A stretch of DNA of 57,709 nt from Clostridia bacterium (GCA_022791835.1 JAAVZW010000010.1:1-57709); one strand, 5' to 3'; counted from the stretch's first letter, positions 41,081-51,884 are shown. Numbers and translations: made by a program. Notes: a model not told the origin generated them from the letters alone.

Positions 41081-42487
41081 GTGGAAAAAGTGGAAAGAAA
41101 ACTAAAAATAATACTATGCACACTAGTAATCGTTTTAATAACACTAATAGCATTTGTAGGAGTATATGTAAAGGATGTAGTAATTTTCAAAAGTAAACTA
41201 CCAGAATACTCATTAGCACCAGAATTTGGAGAAAAAAGAATAACAAGCTTAAAAATAAGTGAAGAAGAAAATGAGATAATCTATGATAAAGACGGAAAAA
41301 TCGTAGATGCTATCCCAGAAGGAGCAAATGAGGAAGACTATGAAAAGAAGAAAGAGAAAGTAAATAAGGAAGATGCTTATAAAGCAGAAAATTACAAAAT
41401 AGTTAAAAAAGTTATAGAAGGAAGACTTGAAAACCAAGGAGTAGAAGACTACAAAGTTAGAGTAGATGAAAACACAGGAAAAGCTACAATAGAACTTCCT
41501 GATGATTTAAAAACAGATACATTAATACAATATATGCTTTTAAAAGGAGATTTCTCAATAAAAGACTCTAAAACAGGCGATATTTTAATGGATAAAACAC
41601 AAGTTGAATCAGCAAAAGCTGTATATACTAATAGCCAAAATGGTGGAGTTGTAGTAATACTTAACATTAGATTTAATAAAGAAGGAAAAGTAAAACTTGC
41701 AGAAATAAGTAAAGAATACTTAAAAACAGAAGATACAAACAAAACAGAAGAAAATGAAACAGAGAATGAAGAAAGCTCTGATGAAGATGTAAAAAAAGTA
41801 ACCGTTGCAATCCAAGGACAAGATGTAATTACAACACAGTTTGAAGAAGAAATGACAGAAGGAGAACTACCAATAACTTTTGGAACTGCAACCGATGCAG
41901 AGACACTTACAGCATATTTGGATCAGGCAAGATTTTATGCTATGCTAATAGATAACCAAGACATGCCACTAATATACGAAGTAGAAAATAGTATAAGTAT
42001 GCAAGGAAAACTAGAAGACAATGCTACAAAAATTGTTATGGCGGTAGTTTTTATATCACTAGTCATAATATGCCTATACTTAATATTCAAATATAAAGTA
42101 AATGGAATTATAGCAATATTATCTTTTATAGCTTGGGTTTCTCTACTATTAATTATTGTTAGATATACAGCAACTGAGCTATCATTAAATAGTATAGTAG
42201 CTATTACAGTGCTTATGATATTAGATGTATTCTTAGTAGTAAAAATGCTAAGCAATATAGAAAAAGAACCTTCTTATGAAAATGTAGCTAAAACAACACT
42301 TCAAGTATATGTTAAAAACGTAGAAGTAATTATAGCAGTATTAATTGCAGCTGTAGTATTCACATTTATGCAAAAAGCTGTAGCATTCTCTTTCGGAATG
42401 ACATTATTCTATGGAATAATAAGTATAGCAATAGCAAATTTAGTATTTTTAAGAACAATGCTTTTAGCTAAATATAGTGATAAATAA
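41081..42487 (+). CDS. SecD-like membrane protein (divergent)
   Basis: 1 TM, large extracellular domain (VIEGRLENQGVEDYKVR...IELP), then 5 TM; GTG start 41081 or 41090. Confidence 0.7.
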   Translation: MEKVERKLKIILCTLVIVLITLIAFVGVYVKDVVIFKSKLPEYSLAPEFGEKRITSLKISEEENEIIYDKDGKIVDAIPEGANEEDYEKKKEKVNKEDAYKAENYKIVKKVIEGRLENQGVEDYKVRVDENTGKATIELPDDLKTDTLIQYMLLKGDFSIKDSKTGDILMDKTQVESAKAVYTNSQNGGVVVILNIRFNKEGKVKLAEISKEYLKTEDTNKTEENETENEESSDEDVKKVTVAIQGQDVITTQFEEEMTEGELPITFGTATDAETLTAYLDQARFYAMLIDNQDMPLIYEVENSISMQGKLEDNATKIVMAVVFISLVIICLYLIFKYKVNGIIAILSFIAWVSLLLIIVRYTATELSLNSIVAITVLMILDVFLVVKMLSNIEKEPSYENVAKTTLQVYVKNVEVIIAVLIAAVVFTFMQKAVAFSFGMTLFYGIISIAIANLVFLRTMLLAKYSDK

Positions 42488-42506
42488 GAAAGGAAGGAAA
42501 ATAGAA

Positions 42507-43176
42507 ATGAAAAATAAAATAATAATAGCACTATGCATTCTATGTATTATAGTTCGGAGCAGTAATTATTTACACAAATGGTTTCAATTTAGGACTAGAA
42601 TATGGAGCATCAAAGAAATTATTTATACAAATTGCTGAAAGTTTTAATATTAAAGATATAGAAAATATAACGAAAGAAGTGCTTGGAGAAGAAAAGTTTG
42701 ATATAAAATTTACAGACAATTTTGAAGATGAAGTTGTTATAACAGCAAAACAAGTGTCAGAAGAACAAATATCTAGTTTGGAAACAAAATTAAAAGAAAA
42801 ATATACATCTTTAAATAAAGAAGAAAAAGAAGAAAATGCAGAAGAAGAGCATAATCACAATACAAACCAGATAATTAGAGCTGTAGATATGCCAGCAGTA
42901 GAAGTATATGATTTGGTAAAATCATATATTGAGCCAATGATAATAGTAACAATAGCTGTAATAATAGTTTTAGCAATATTCTTTAGAAAACTAGGAGTTT
43001 TGAAAGCTATAATATATCAAGTATTCTTAATATTAGGCATAAACTTAGTATATATTAGCGCAGTTGCTATCACTAGAATTGCAGTAAATGAATATATTAT
43101 TTCAGTTGGAGTATTTGTATATTCAATGAGTTTGGTTATTAGTACACTATTTATAAAAAGTAAATTAGAGGTATAA
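42507..43176 (+). CDS. SecF-like protein, short (about 222 aa), CGG +1 site at 42555
   Basis: GTT-CGG-A skip completes TM1 and leads to GFNLGLEYG (SecF GLNLGIDF-like). Confidence 0.7.
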
Positions 43177-43191
43177 AAGGAGATGATAATA

Positions 43192-44575
43192 ATGCTTAAA
43201 GAAATGGAACAATTAGTAAACTTATGTAAGGCAAGAGGATATATATATGCTGGCTCTGAAATTTATGGAGGACTTGCAAATACATGGGACTATGGACCAC
43301 TTGGAGTAGAACTAAAAAATAATATAAAAAATGCTTGGAGAAAGAAGTTTATTCAAGAATGTTCATATAATGTAGGATTAGATGCTGCTATCCTTATGAA
43401 TCCTAGTGTATGGGTTGCTTCACGGACACGTAGGCGGATTCAGTGATCCTCTTATAGACTGCAAAGAATGTAAAACACGTCATAGAGCAGATAAACTTAT
43501 AGAAGAATGGATGCATGAAAATAATTGTGAACAAGTAGTAGATGGTTGGCCAAATGAAAAAATGATAGGCTATATGAAAGAAAAACATATTGCTTGCCCT
43601 AATTGTGGGAAAGAAAATTTTACAGGGATTAGACAATTTAATCTTATGTTTAAAACTTTCCAAGGAGTTACAGAAGATGCGAAGTCAGAAATATATCTAA
43701 GACCAGAAACAGCACAAGGAATATTTGTAAATTTCAAAAATGTACTTAGAACTTCTAGAAAAAAAATACCTTTTGGAATTGCTCAAATTGGTAAAGCATT
43801 TAGAAATGAAATAACTCCAGGAAATTTTACATTCAGAACAAGAGAATTTGAACAAATGGAACTAGAATTTTTCTGCAAACCAGGAACAGATTTAGAATGG
43901 CATGAGCATTGGAAGGAATATTGCAAGAATTTCTTACTTACATTAGGTATGGAAGAAGGAAATTTAAGATTAAGAGACCATGAGAAAGAAGAGTTAAGCC
44001 ATTATAGTAATGCTACAACAGATATAGAATTTGCATTTCCATTTGGCTGGGGAGAACTTTGGGGAATAGCAGATAGAACAGATTTCGATTTAAAGCAACA
44101 TATGGAACATTCAAAAGAAGACATGAGATTTTTAGATGAAACTACAGGGGAAAAGTACATACCATATTGCATAGAACCATCTCTAGGAGCAGACAGAGTA
44201 ACACTTGCATTTCTTTGTAACGGATATGTCGAAGAAGAAATTGCAGAAGGAGATACAAGAACAGTACTTAAATTGCATCCAGCGCTAGCACCATATAAAG
44301 CGGCTGTATTGCCACTTTCTAAAAAGCTATCAGGAAAAGCTGAAGAAGTTTATAAACTTCTTTCTAAAAAGTTTATGTGTGATTATGACGAGGCAGGAAG
44401 TATCGGAAAAAGATATAGAAGAGAAGATGAAATAGGAACACCATATTGTATAACTGTTGACTTTGATACAGAAGTAGATAATACTATAACTGTTAGAGAT
44501 AGAGACACTATGGAACAAATAAGAGTTAATATAGATGAGTTAATTAAATGGATAGAAGAAAAATTAGAATTTTAG
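43192..44575 (+). CDS. glyS: Glycine--tRNA ligase, alpha2 type (about 460 aa), CGG +1 site at 43423
   Basis: [30 protein letters not shown]; TCA-CGG-A skip restores [13 protein letters not shown]. Confidence 0.96.
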
Positions 44576-44606
44576 TTTTTGAGCAGATGCAAATCAAGCA
44601 TCTGCT

Positions 44607-44635
44607 TTGACATTATGTAAAAAAAGTAGTATAAT
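44607..44635 (+). promoter_or_regulatory. Consensus sigma-A promoter
   Basis: TTGACA-17 nt-TATAAT. Confidence 0.8.
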
Positions 44636-44715
44636 AAATATAGCGAAAGTGTTTTTTTGAAATTTGTTTTGAGAAGCATTATTTGCTAAAAACAAAAAAG
44701 TGAGGTTAATAGCAA

Positions 44716-45414
44716 ATGCCAGAAATCGTGAAACTATCCAAAAGCTCGGAGTTCGTCAGCTTGGTTGAAGCATATCTTCGGCCAGAGCTCTATGGGGATA
44801 TTTCCCAAATGTTTGTTGACTATACTCCAGACAAAGACAGCGTTATCATCGCACCTATGCCCAGCGTTGCTTTAAGTTTTGCACAAAAGGTAAGAGCTTT
44901 CCCTGAATGCCTTGGGTGGAAAGCTTGGGTAAGGACTAATAAGAAGGGAGAGGTGTACAAGGTCTATTTGGTCGCAACTGGACTTACAAGTCAAATTTTC
45001 TTTGGCAGGAACCAGAATGGCTGGAAGAATGTAGGCAAAATTACTGACCAAATTGTGAATGCATTCGGAAACCAAAAGCTTGGAAGCAAAGGCGTACGCT
45101 TTACAAAGGATATCTACAAAGCCATGCCTAACGGCCTTAAACCTCAAATGGGTCGGTGTATGATTTTTAGTACGATGAAAGAACATGTAACTGATAATCA
45201 TCAATTTCGTTACTTATATAATGGGATTGAGGAGAGCATTACAAAACACTATACAGATCAAGGGATTTGTACCACGGCTGTTGAATTCCTTCCTATTGTC
45301 GAAGTCCCTAAGGACATTATGGTTAAAGTAGGAAGCCGAATTCGAAATGGATTTACTCCGGAAAGCTCACTGCGTATCAAACGTGCTAAGACATCAGCAA
45401 ACTCTAAAGATTAG
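44716..45414 (+). CDS. Orphan family X protein, paralogue 2
   Basis: PELYGDI..VDYTP, VYLVA, LPIVEVPKDIMV; GC-richer codons; in-frame CGG at 44779 and 45154. Confidence 0.75.
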   Translation: MPEIVKLSKSSEFVSLVEAYLRPELYGDISQMFVDYTPDKDSVIIAPMPSVALSFAQKVRAFPECLGWKAWVRTNKKGEVYKVYLVATGLTSQIFFGRNQNGWKNVGKITDQIVNAFGNQKLGSKGVRFTKDIYKAMPNGLKPQMGRCMIFSTMKEHVTDNHQFRYLYNGIEESITKHYTDQGICTTAVEFLPIVEVPKDIMVKVGSRIRNGFTPESSLRIKRAKTSANSKD

Positions 45415-45460
45415 GCTAAAGCGTAAATCTCATAGGTTTTCGTCAATGCGAAAATCTAAA

Positions 45461-45502
45461 GCAAAGGAGTTGAGGTATCCTCAGCTCCTTTGCAATTTTT
45501 TT
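45461..45502 (+). terminator. Intrinsic terminator
   Basis: GCAAAGGAGTTGAGG/CCTCAGCTCCTTTGC stem plus T-run. Confidence 0.8.
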
Positions 45503-45562
45503 CATTAAATACTACAAAATTGAATAAAATTGTGGTAAAATAATTTTATTGGAGGACTTTTC

Positions 45563-46477
45563 GTGAATATTAATATAGATTTATTTATTAAAAAACTAGG
45601 AAATAATAACGTATTATTGAACGAAAGTATGGCAAAACATACTAGTTTCAAGACAGGAGGAAATGCAGACGTTTTTGTAAAAGTTAAGAATAAAGAGGAA
45701 CTAGAATATATTTTGAAATATTCAAGAGATAATAATATTCCTATATTCATTTTAGGAAATGGTAGCAATATACTTGTAAGAGACAATGGCATTCGTGGAA
45801 TTGTTTGTAAAATGGAAATGACTGGATTTAATATAATAGAAAAAGAAAGAAAGGTATTTGTTACACTAGGAAGTGGTAATAAAAATGCAATTTGTGCTCA
45901 AAAGTTTTTGGAAAAGGAACTTACAGGTTTTGAATTTGCTTCTGGAATACCAGGAACTATTGGTGGTGCTATTAAAATGAATGCAGGAGCTTATGGGCAA
46001 GAAATGAAGGATATAGTTTTCTCTACTACATACATCAGCAGAGATGGAAGAGTTAAAACAATATATGATAAAGAACATGAATTTGATTATAGAAGGAGTT
46101 TTTTTTCAGATAAAGATTTGATTATACTAGAAACCACTATAATGCTTAAGAAAGGAAATAAAAGCGAAATTAAAGCAAAAATGCAAGAATTTAGTGATTT
46201 AAGAAAACAGAAGCAACCATATAATATGCCATCTGCAGGTAGTACTTTTAAAAGGGGAAAAGACTTTATTACTGCGAGTATTATAGATCAATGTGGATTA
46301 AAGGGTATGCAAATAGGAGGAGCAAAAGTTTCTGAAAAGCATGCTGGATTTATTGTTAATGATGGCAATGCATCTACGAAAGATATTTTAGATTTAATAG
46401 ATAATGTGAAAAAAATAGTTTTTGAAAAAACTGGAAAAAAAATTGAATTAGAAATTGAAGTTGTAGGTGAGGAATAA
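45563..46477 (+). CDS. murB: UDP-N-acetylmuramate dehydrogenase
   Basis: HTSFKTGG, GNGSN, MNAGAYG, PSAGSTFKR, KHAGFIVN. Confidence 0.97.
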   Translation: MNINIDLFIKKLGNNNVLLNESMAKHTSFKTGGNADVFVKVKNKEELEYILKYSRDNNIPIFILGNGSNILVRDNGIRGIVCKMEMTGFNIIEKERKVFVTLGSGNKNAICAQKFLEKELTGFEFASGIPGTIGGAIKMNAGAYGQEMKDIVFSTTYISRDGRVKTIYDKEHEFDYRRSFFSDKDLIILETTIMLKKGNKSEIKAKMQEFSDLRKQKQPYNMPSAGSTFKRGKDFITASIIDQCGLKGMQIGGAKVSEKHAGFIVNDGNASTKDILDLIDNVKKIVFEKTGKKIELEIEVVGEE

Positions 46478-46480
46478 TTA

Positions 46481-46509
46481 TTGACAATTTACATAAAATA
46501 ATATATAAT
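46481..46509 (+). promoter_or_regulatory. Consensus sigma-A promoter
   Basis: TTGACA-17 nt-TATAAT. Confidence 0.8.
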
Positions 46510-46646
46510 GATAAAGCAAAAATGCTCTGAAAATTCGTGAAAAGCATATTTGTAGAAACGAAAAAGGAGGTTTTGTTCAATATATTTTATTAAGGAGGAT
46601 TTTTCTTAAGGTAAGAATACGTATAAGAACAACTTTAGGAGGCTTT

Positions 46647-47312
46647 ATGAAAAAATTAGTCCCACTGTTACAACTCTTGCAAGAATTTGGTGACAGATCT
46701 TCGGTTAGAAAAATTCATTATGTACCAGATGAAAAGTGCATTAGTTTTGACTTCAGTCAGACTGGATGCAGTGATCCTTCAAAGGATATTCAAAAGGCAC
46801 GGACCGAGTTGAACCATGAATGGTATCCTTTTCTTGTAAAAGATACCACTGGAGCAGACGTAATACATCTTGTACCAGATACAGTTCCTAAATTTGACCT
46901 TACCTTGGAAGGATGGTCTGGCTATTTTAGTCAGCTTGCAATTCTAACGCAATGTTCCAATTGCTTATATACTAATTCTTCTTTGAGAAGTTTAGGAGTG
47001 TCTTTAACTCCTGCTGTGCTACGTGCACTTGATAGAATAGGCTTGTTGGATCTAATTGCTTATGACAAAAGTGTATGGGTTTCAACATATGCTCGTCCCG
47101 ATAAGGCAGCAAAGAAACTCCGACTTTTGGGAATGGTAAGGCTTTCTGATAAGGAAACCAAAGAGTTTGAAATGTACGATTTAGAATGTGGTCGTGCATA
47201 TATGCATACTGCTGGGGTTCTTCCGATTATAAGAGTGCCGTCTAATATCCTTGTGGATGAGCGAGAATTTCGTGATGGAGGTATGCAATTGCAACTGATT
47301 CTCCCCAAATAA
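46647..47312 (+). CDS. Orphan family X protein, paralogue 3
   Basis: IHYVP, TELNHEWYP, LYTNSSL, LPIIRVPSNILVD; in-frame CGG at 46800. Confidence 0.72.
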   Translation: MKKLVPLLQLLQEFGDRSSVRKIHYVPDEKCISFDFSQTGCSDPSKDIQKARTELNHEWYPFLVKDTTGADVIHLVPDTVPKFDLTLEGWSGYFSQLAILTQCSNCLYTNSSLRSLGVSLTPAVLRALDRIGLLDLIAYDKSVWVSTYARPDKAAKKLRLLGMVRLSDKETKEFEMYDLECGRAYMHTAGVLPIIRVPSNILVDEREFRDGGMQLQLILPK

Positions 47313-47357
47313 TAAAGAAACAAAATCTATTTTATGCTGATATAGCATAAAAAACGG

Positions 47358-47402
47358 AACTAAAGAGTTCTTTGCTTTGTAGGGAACTCTTTAGTTTTAT
47401 TT
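47358..47402 (+). terminator. Intrinsic terminator
   Basis: AACTAAAGAGTTC/GAACTCTTTAGTT stem plus T-run. Confidence 0.75.
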
Positions 47403-47520
47403 AATTTTGGTATTATATTTAACAGCATGATGAAATGAATCATATGAGCATTAAATCTAAGTTTTTTCTAAAAAAGCTTGCAATTTGGCTGTAAATGTAG
47501 TAAAATAGAAAAGTATAATA

Positions 47521-47600
47521 AAACTTACCTTTTTCTTGGCTTAAGGCTAGCACCGACTACTTAGGCTCAGAAAAATGGCAAATTAAAAATGGAGGTGTAA
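47521..47600 (+). ncRNA. S15 ribosomal protein leader (probable)
   Basis: CCTTTTTCT/AGAAAAATGG outer stem enclosing GGCTAGCACCGAC, just upstream of the rpsO RBS. Confidence 0.55.
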
Positions 47601-47604
47601 TTAC

Positions 47605-47868
47605 ATGACTAAGGAAAGAAAGCAAGAAATAATTCTTGACAATAAAAGAGATGAAAAAGACACTGGTTCTCCAGAAGTACAAATAGCTCTTTTAACAGAA
47701 AGAATTAACGAACTTACTGAACATTTAAGAATTCATACAAAGGATAACCATTCAAGACGTGGATTACTAAAAATGGTTGGTAAGAGAAGAAATCTTTTAA
47801 ACTATCTATCTAAAAAAGATGAAACAAGATATAAAGCGATAGTTGAAAAGTTAAACTTAAGAAAATAA
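47605..47868 (+). CDS. rpsO: 30S ribosomal protein S15
   Basis: [30 protein letters not shown]. Confidence 0.98.
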   Translation: MTKERKQEIILDNKRDEKDTGSPEVQIALLTERINELTEHLRIHTKDNHSRRGLLKMVGKRRNLLNYLSKKDETRYKAIVEKLNLRK

Positions 47869-48031
47869 AAGTTTAGAGGGGACGTTTGTTTTTTAAGGAT
47901 AGCAAACGTCTCTTTAGTAGTATTGTTCTAGAAGTTAGAGATTAGAGGCTAGAAGACAGATTTGTAACTTCTAATGTCTAACCGCTAGGACAAGTAGAAT
48001 CCTTAAAAAAATTAAGAAAAGAGGAAATTTT

Positions 48032-50137
48032 ATGTTTAGAACATTTGAAACAGAACTTGCAGGAAGAAAATTAGTTATTGAAAATGGCAAGATTGCAGAA
48101 CTTGCTAATGGAAGTGTCATTGTAAGATATGGCGAAACAGTTGTAATGGTCAATGTTACAGCTTCTAAAGAACCAAAAGAAGGAATAGACTTTTTTCCAT
48201 TGTCAGTAGATTATGAAGAAAAGCTATATGCAGTAGGAAAAATACCAGGTGGATATACAAAGAGAGAAGGAAAACCAGCAGATAAAGCAATTCTTACATC
48301 AAGGGCAATAGATAGACCAATACGTCCATTATTCCCAAAAGATTTTAGAAATGATGTATGTGTTATAGCAACTGTTTTATCGGTAGAACCAAACAATTCT
48401 CCAGAAGTTGCAGCTATGATAGGTGCATCAGCAGCACTTGCTATTTCTGATATTCCATTTGGAGGACCAACAGCGGCTGTAAATGTAGGATATGTAAATG
48501 GTAAAATTGTTATTAATCCAAATTTAGAAGAAAGAGAAAAATCAGAATTAGTTTTAACAGTTGCAGGAACTATGGATAAAGTTACAATGATAGAGGCAGG
48601 AGCCAAAGAAATACCAGACGATATAATGCTACAAGCTATTAAAGAAGGACATGCTGAAATTATAAAAATTTGTAAATTTATCTCTAATATTCAAAAAGAA
48701 ATTGGGAAACCTAAATTTGAGTACAAATCTTTCGCAGTATCAAAAGATTTGTATGAAGAAGTTGAAAATGAATTTAAAGAAAGAATGTACCAAGATGTAC
48801 AAGCCACAGATAAAGAAGTTAGAGATAGTAATATAGATAAATTAACAGAGGATATAAATACATTTCTTACAGAAAAACATGGAGAAGAATTTGTAGAAGA
48901 TAATAAGCAAGAAATTGGAGAAATAATTTACAAATTAGAAAAGAAATGCGTTAGAAAAATGATATATGAAGAGCATAAACGTCCTGATGGAAGAGCAATT
49001 GATGAGATAAGACCATTATCATGTGAAGCAGGTGTTTTACCAAGAGTACATGGAAGTGCTATTTTTACAAGAGGTCAGACTCAAGTAATGTCAATTGTAA
49101 CACTTGGAATGCTTTCAGAAGCTCAATCTTTAGATGGAATTGATGAAGAGACTTCTAAACGTTATATGCATCAATACAATTTCCCATCATATAGTGTAGG
49201 AGAAGCTAGAACTTCTCGTGGACCTGGAAGACGTGAAATAGGACATGGAGCTCTTGCAGAAAAGGCTTTAGTACCTGTTTTACCTTCTGAAGAGGAATTT
49301 CCATATGCTATTAGGGTAGTTTCAGAAGTATTAAGCTCAAATGGTTCTACTTCTCAAGGAAGTATATGTGGTAGTACACTTGCTTTAATGGATGCTGGTG
49401 TTCCAATAAAATCACCTGTTGCAGGTATTTCAACTGGACTTGTAACTGATGAAAACGATCCTTCCAAATATATTATGCTTACAGATATTCAAGGAATTGA
49501 AGATTTCTTTGGAGATATGGATTTCAAGGTTGGTGGAACACATAAAGGAATAACTGCTATACAAGTAGATATAAAAATTGATGGCTTGACATATGATATT
49601 ATTGAGGAAGCTTTTGCTAGAACAAGAAAAGCAAGAGAATATATCCTAAATGATATTATGCTTAAAGAAATTGCAAAACCTAGAGCTGAACTTTCAAAAT
49701 ATGCACCTAAGATTACTCAAACTAAGATATCAGTGGATAAGATAAAAGATGTTATTGGCCCTGGTGGTAAAATGATTAATAAGATTATTGATGAAACTGG
49801 TGTTAAGATAGATATTGAAGAAGATGGAAATGTGTTTATTTATTCTTCTGATCAAGAGAGTGGAAATAGGGCTTTGGAGATGATAGACGAAATTACAAGA
49901 GAAATCGAAGTAGGTAAAATCTATAATGGAAAAGTTACTAGAATAATGAACTTTGGAGCTTTTGTAGATGTAGGTGGAGGTAAAGAAGGATTACTTCATA
50001 TTTCTAAGATATCTAAAGAAAGAGTAAATAAGGTTGAGGATGTTCTTAAGATTGGCGATACAATTAGGGTTAAGGTTTATGAAATAGATGACCAAGGAAG
50101 AATAAATCTTACAGCTAAGGACATTGAGGAAGAGTAA
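48032..50137 (+). CDS. pnp: Polyribonucleotide nucleotidyltransferase
   Basis: FFPLSVDYEEK, RREIGHG, GDMDFKV, KH and S1 domains. Confidence 0.98.
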   Translation: MFRTFETELAGRKLVIENGKIAELANGSVIVRYGETVVMVNVTASKEPKEGIDFFPLSVDYEEKLYAVGKIPGGYTKREGKPADKAILTSRAIDRPIRPLFPKDFRNDVCVIATVLSVEPNNSPEVAAMIGASAALAISDIPFGGPTAAVNVGYVNGKIVINPNLEEREKSELVLTVAGTMDKVTMIEAGAKEIPDDIMLQAIKEGHAEIIKICKFISNIQKEIGKPKFEYKSFAVSKDLYEEVENEFKERMYQDVQATDKEVRDSNIDKLTEDINTFLTEKHGEEFVEDNKQEIGEIIYKLEKKCVRKMIYEEHKRPDGRAIDEIRPLSCEAGVLPRVHGSAIFTRGQTQVMSIVTLGMLSEAQSLDGIDEETSKRYMHQYNFPSYSVGEARTSRGPGRREIGHGALAEKALVPVLPSEEEFPYAIRVVSEVLSSNGSTSQGSICGSTLALMDAGVPIKSPVAGISTGLVTDENDPSKYIMLTDIQGIEDFFGDMDFKVGGTHKGITAIQVDIKIDGLTYDIIEEAFARTRKAREYILNDIMLKEIAKPRAELSKYAPKITQTKISVDKIKDVIGPGGKMINKIIDETGVKIDIEEDGNVFIYSSDQESGNRALEMIDEITREIEVGKIYNGKVTRIMNFGAFVDVGGGKEGLLHISKISKERVNKVEDVLKIGDTIRVKVYEIDDQGRINLTAKDIEEE

Positions 50138-50490
50138 AGTTGAAGTTTGTGCTATAATTAACGGAAAGCTACCTTTTGATAAGTTTTTTTAAAATTTGTC
50201 TCCTCCAAGGCTTTCGCGGGTCGTAACCCCCGCCTCAAAGGGCTGTCGTCGACGAAATTTTAAAAAAATTATCAAAACGCTTTCCTGTGCACTACAAACT
50301 TTAATTACTTTAACTAGAAGTACTGTGCTAGCCGTTTGGGAGTAATATATTTATTTTTTTCATGGACGCGCAGGGAAGCTCCCCGAGTGGAAGTGACCCT
50401 AGGCGAATGGAGGGTCCAAAGGAGCCCGACAGCAAGGGAATGAAAAAAATAAATATATTACTCCCAAAGGTAGGCGGAAACTTTAGCCAC
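50138..50490. repeat. Structured element B, copy 2
   Basis: Shares AATTAACGG.AAGCTACCTTTTGATAAG, CGCCTCAAAGGGCTGTCGTC and GAAGTGACCCTAGGCGAATGGAGGGTCC with 18110-18528. Confidence 0.85.
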
Positions 50491-50624
50491 GAATAAAAAA
50501 ACAATTTTCTTAACTTTGTCTTAAATGTTTTAGAAAAATTTGCATTTTTTAGAATAATATAGTATAATAATAAATGGTTAGGGATATAAGCCTTAAATAA
50601 AAATATTAACAAGAGAGGTTTGAA

Positions 50625-51854
50625 ATGGAATATTTATATATATTACAACAAGCAATAGTTTGGATAATAACAATATTTTGGTTATATCAGTTGTTAATAA
50701 GTATATGTTCTTTTGTAAAACTTAAGGATAAACCAATGCTGATTAATAAAAATCATAAGTTTATGGCAATTATACCAGCACATAATGAAGAATCAGTTAT
50801 AGAAAATTTGGTTGAGAGTTTGAAAAAACAAGATTATCCAAAGGATTTATTGGATATTTATGTTATAGCAGATAATTGCACAGATAGAACTAAGTTACTT
50901 GCTGAAAATGCAGGAGCAATTGTTTATGAAAGAATTCATGAGGAAGGGAAAACAAAAGGGCATGCACTTCAATGGTTTTTAGCTCAAAAAATTGAAGAAA
51001 ATGCTGATTATGATGCTTTTTGTGTATTTGATGCTGATAATATTGTAGATAGTAATTTTATTAAAAATATGAACAAGAAGTTATGCCAAGGAGAAGAAGT
51101 TGTTCAAGGTTATAGGGATATTAAAAATCCTACTGACAGTTGGATTGCTTCAGGATATGCTATTTTCTATTGGATGATGAATAGATTTTATCATTTGGCA
51201 AGATACAACTTAGGATTATCTACTTTAATTAATGGAACTGGATTTATGGTTAAGTTTGATGTTATAAAACCAAATGGTTGGAAAACTTATACTTTGACAG
51301 AGGACATTGAATTTTCATTACAAAGAATTATTGCAGGTAAGAAATTGGGTTGGGCAACAGATGCGATAGTATATGATGAACAACCTGTAGGTTTCAAGCA
51401 AAGTTGGTCTCAACGTTCAAGATGGACAGTTGGACACATTCAATGCATGGAAAAATATACAAAGGAATTAACTAATTCTGTAAAAGAAAAGAAAACTTTA
51501 GTTACTCTAGATGGGCTTTTATATATAGTAGGCAGTATTCCTATGTTTGTAATAACTATACTTTTATTAGTAGTTAATGCAGCATTATATATGGGAGAAT
51601 CTATGACTAAAATGGAATTGATTTGGAGTTATATGATGTATATAATACCAACATTCCTTTTACCAATAGCAACTGGTGCAATAATTATGATACTAGATAA
51701 AAGACCAATTAAACCAATGCTTAAAGGGTTACTTTGTTACCCACTATTCCTAGGAAGTTGGTTATTAATAAACTTTAAATGCTTATTTAAAAGAGAAACA
51801 AACTGGGAAAAAATTGAGCATGTTAGAGCAATAAAGATAAATGAAGTAAATTAA
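50625..51854 (+). CDS. GT2-family membrane glycosyltransferase
   Basis: PAHNEE, DADN, TEDIE, QRSRW. Confidence 0.92.
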   Translation: MEYLYILQQAIVWIITIFWLYQLLISICSFVKLKDKPMLINKNHKFMAIIPAHNEESVIENLVESLKKQDYPKDLLDIYVIADNCTDRTKLLAENAGAIVYERIHEEGKTKGHALQWFLAQKIEENADYDAFCVFDADNIVDSNFIKNMNKKLCQGEEVVQGYRDIKNPTDSWIASGYAIFYWMMNRFYHLARYNLGLSTLINGTGFMVKFDVIKPNGWKTYTLTEDIEFSLQRIIAGKKLGWATDAIVYDEQPVGFKQSWSQRSRWTVGHIQCMEKYTKELTNSVKEKKTLVTLDGLLYIVGSIPMFVITILLLVVNAALYMGESMTKMELIWSYMMYIIPTFLLPIATGAIIMILDKRPIKPMLKGLLCYPLFLGSWLLINFKCLFKRETNWEKIEHVRAIKINEVN

Positions 51855-51855
51855 A

Positions 51856-51884
51856 TTGACAAGATATAAGAAAAACTATATAAT
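51856..51884 (+). promoter_or_regulatory. Consensus sigma-A promoter
   Basis: TTGACA-17 nt-TATAAT. Confidence 0.7.

Noticed and set aside
50328-50612. 94-aa minus-strand ORF
   Set aside because: Overlaps element B copy 2 and the promoter region of the GT2 gene.
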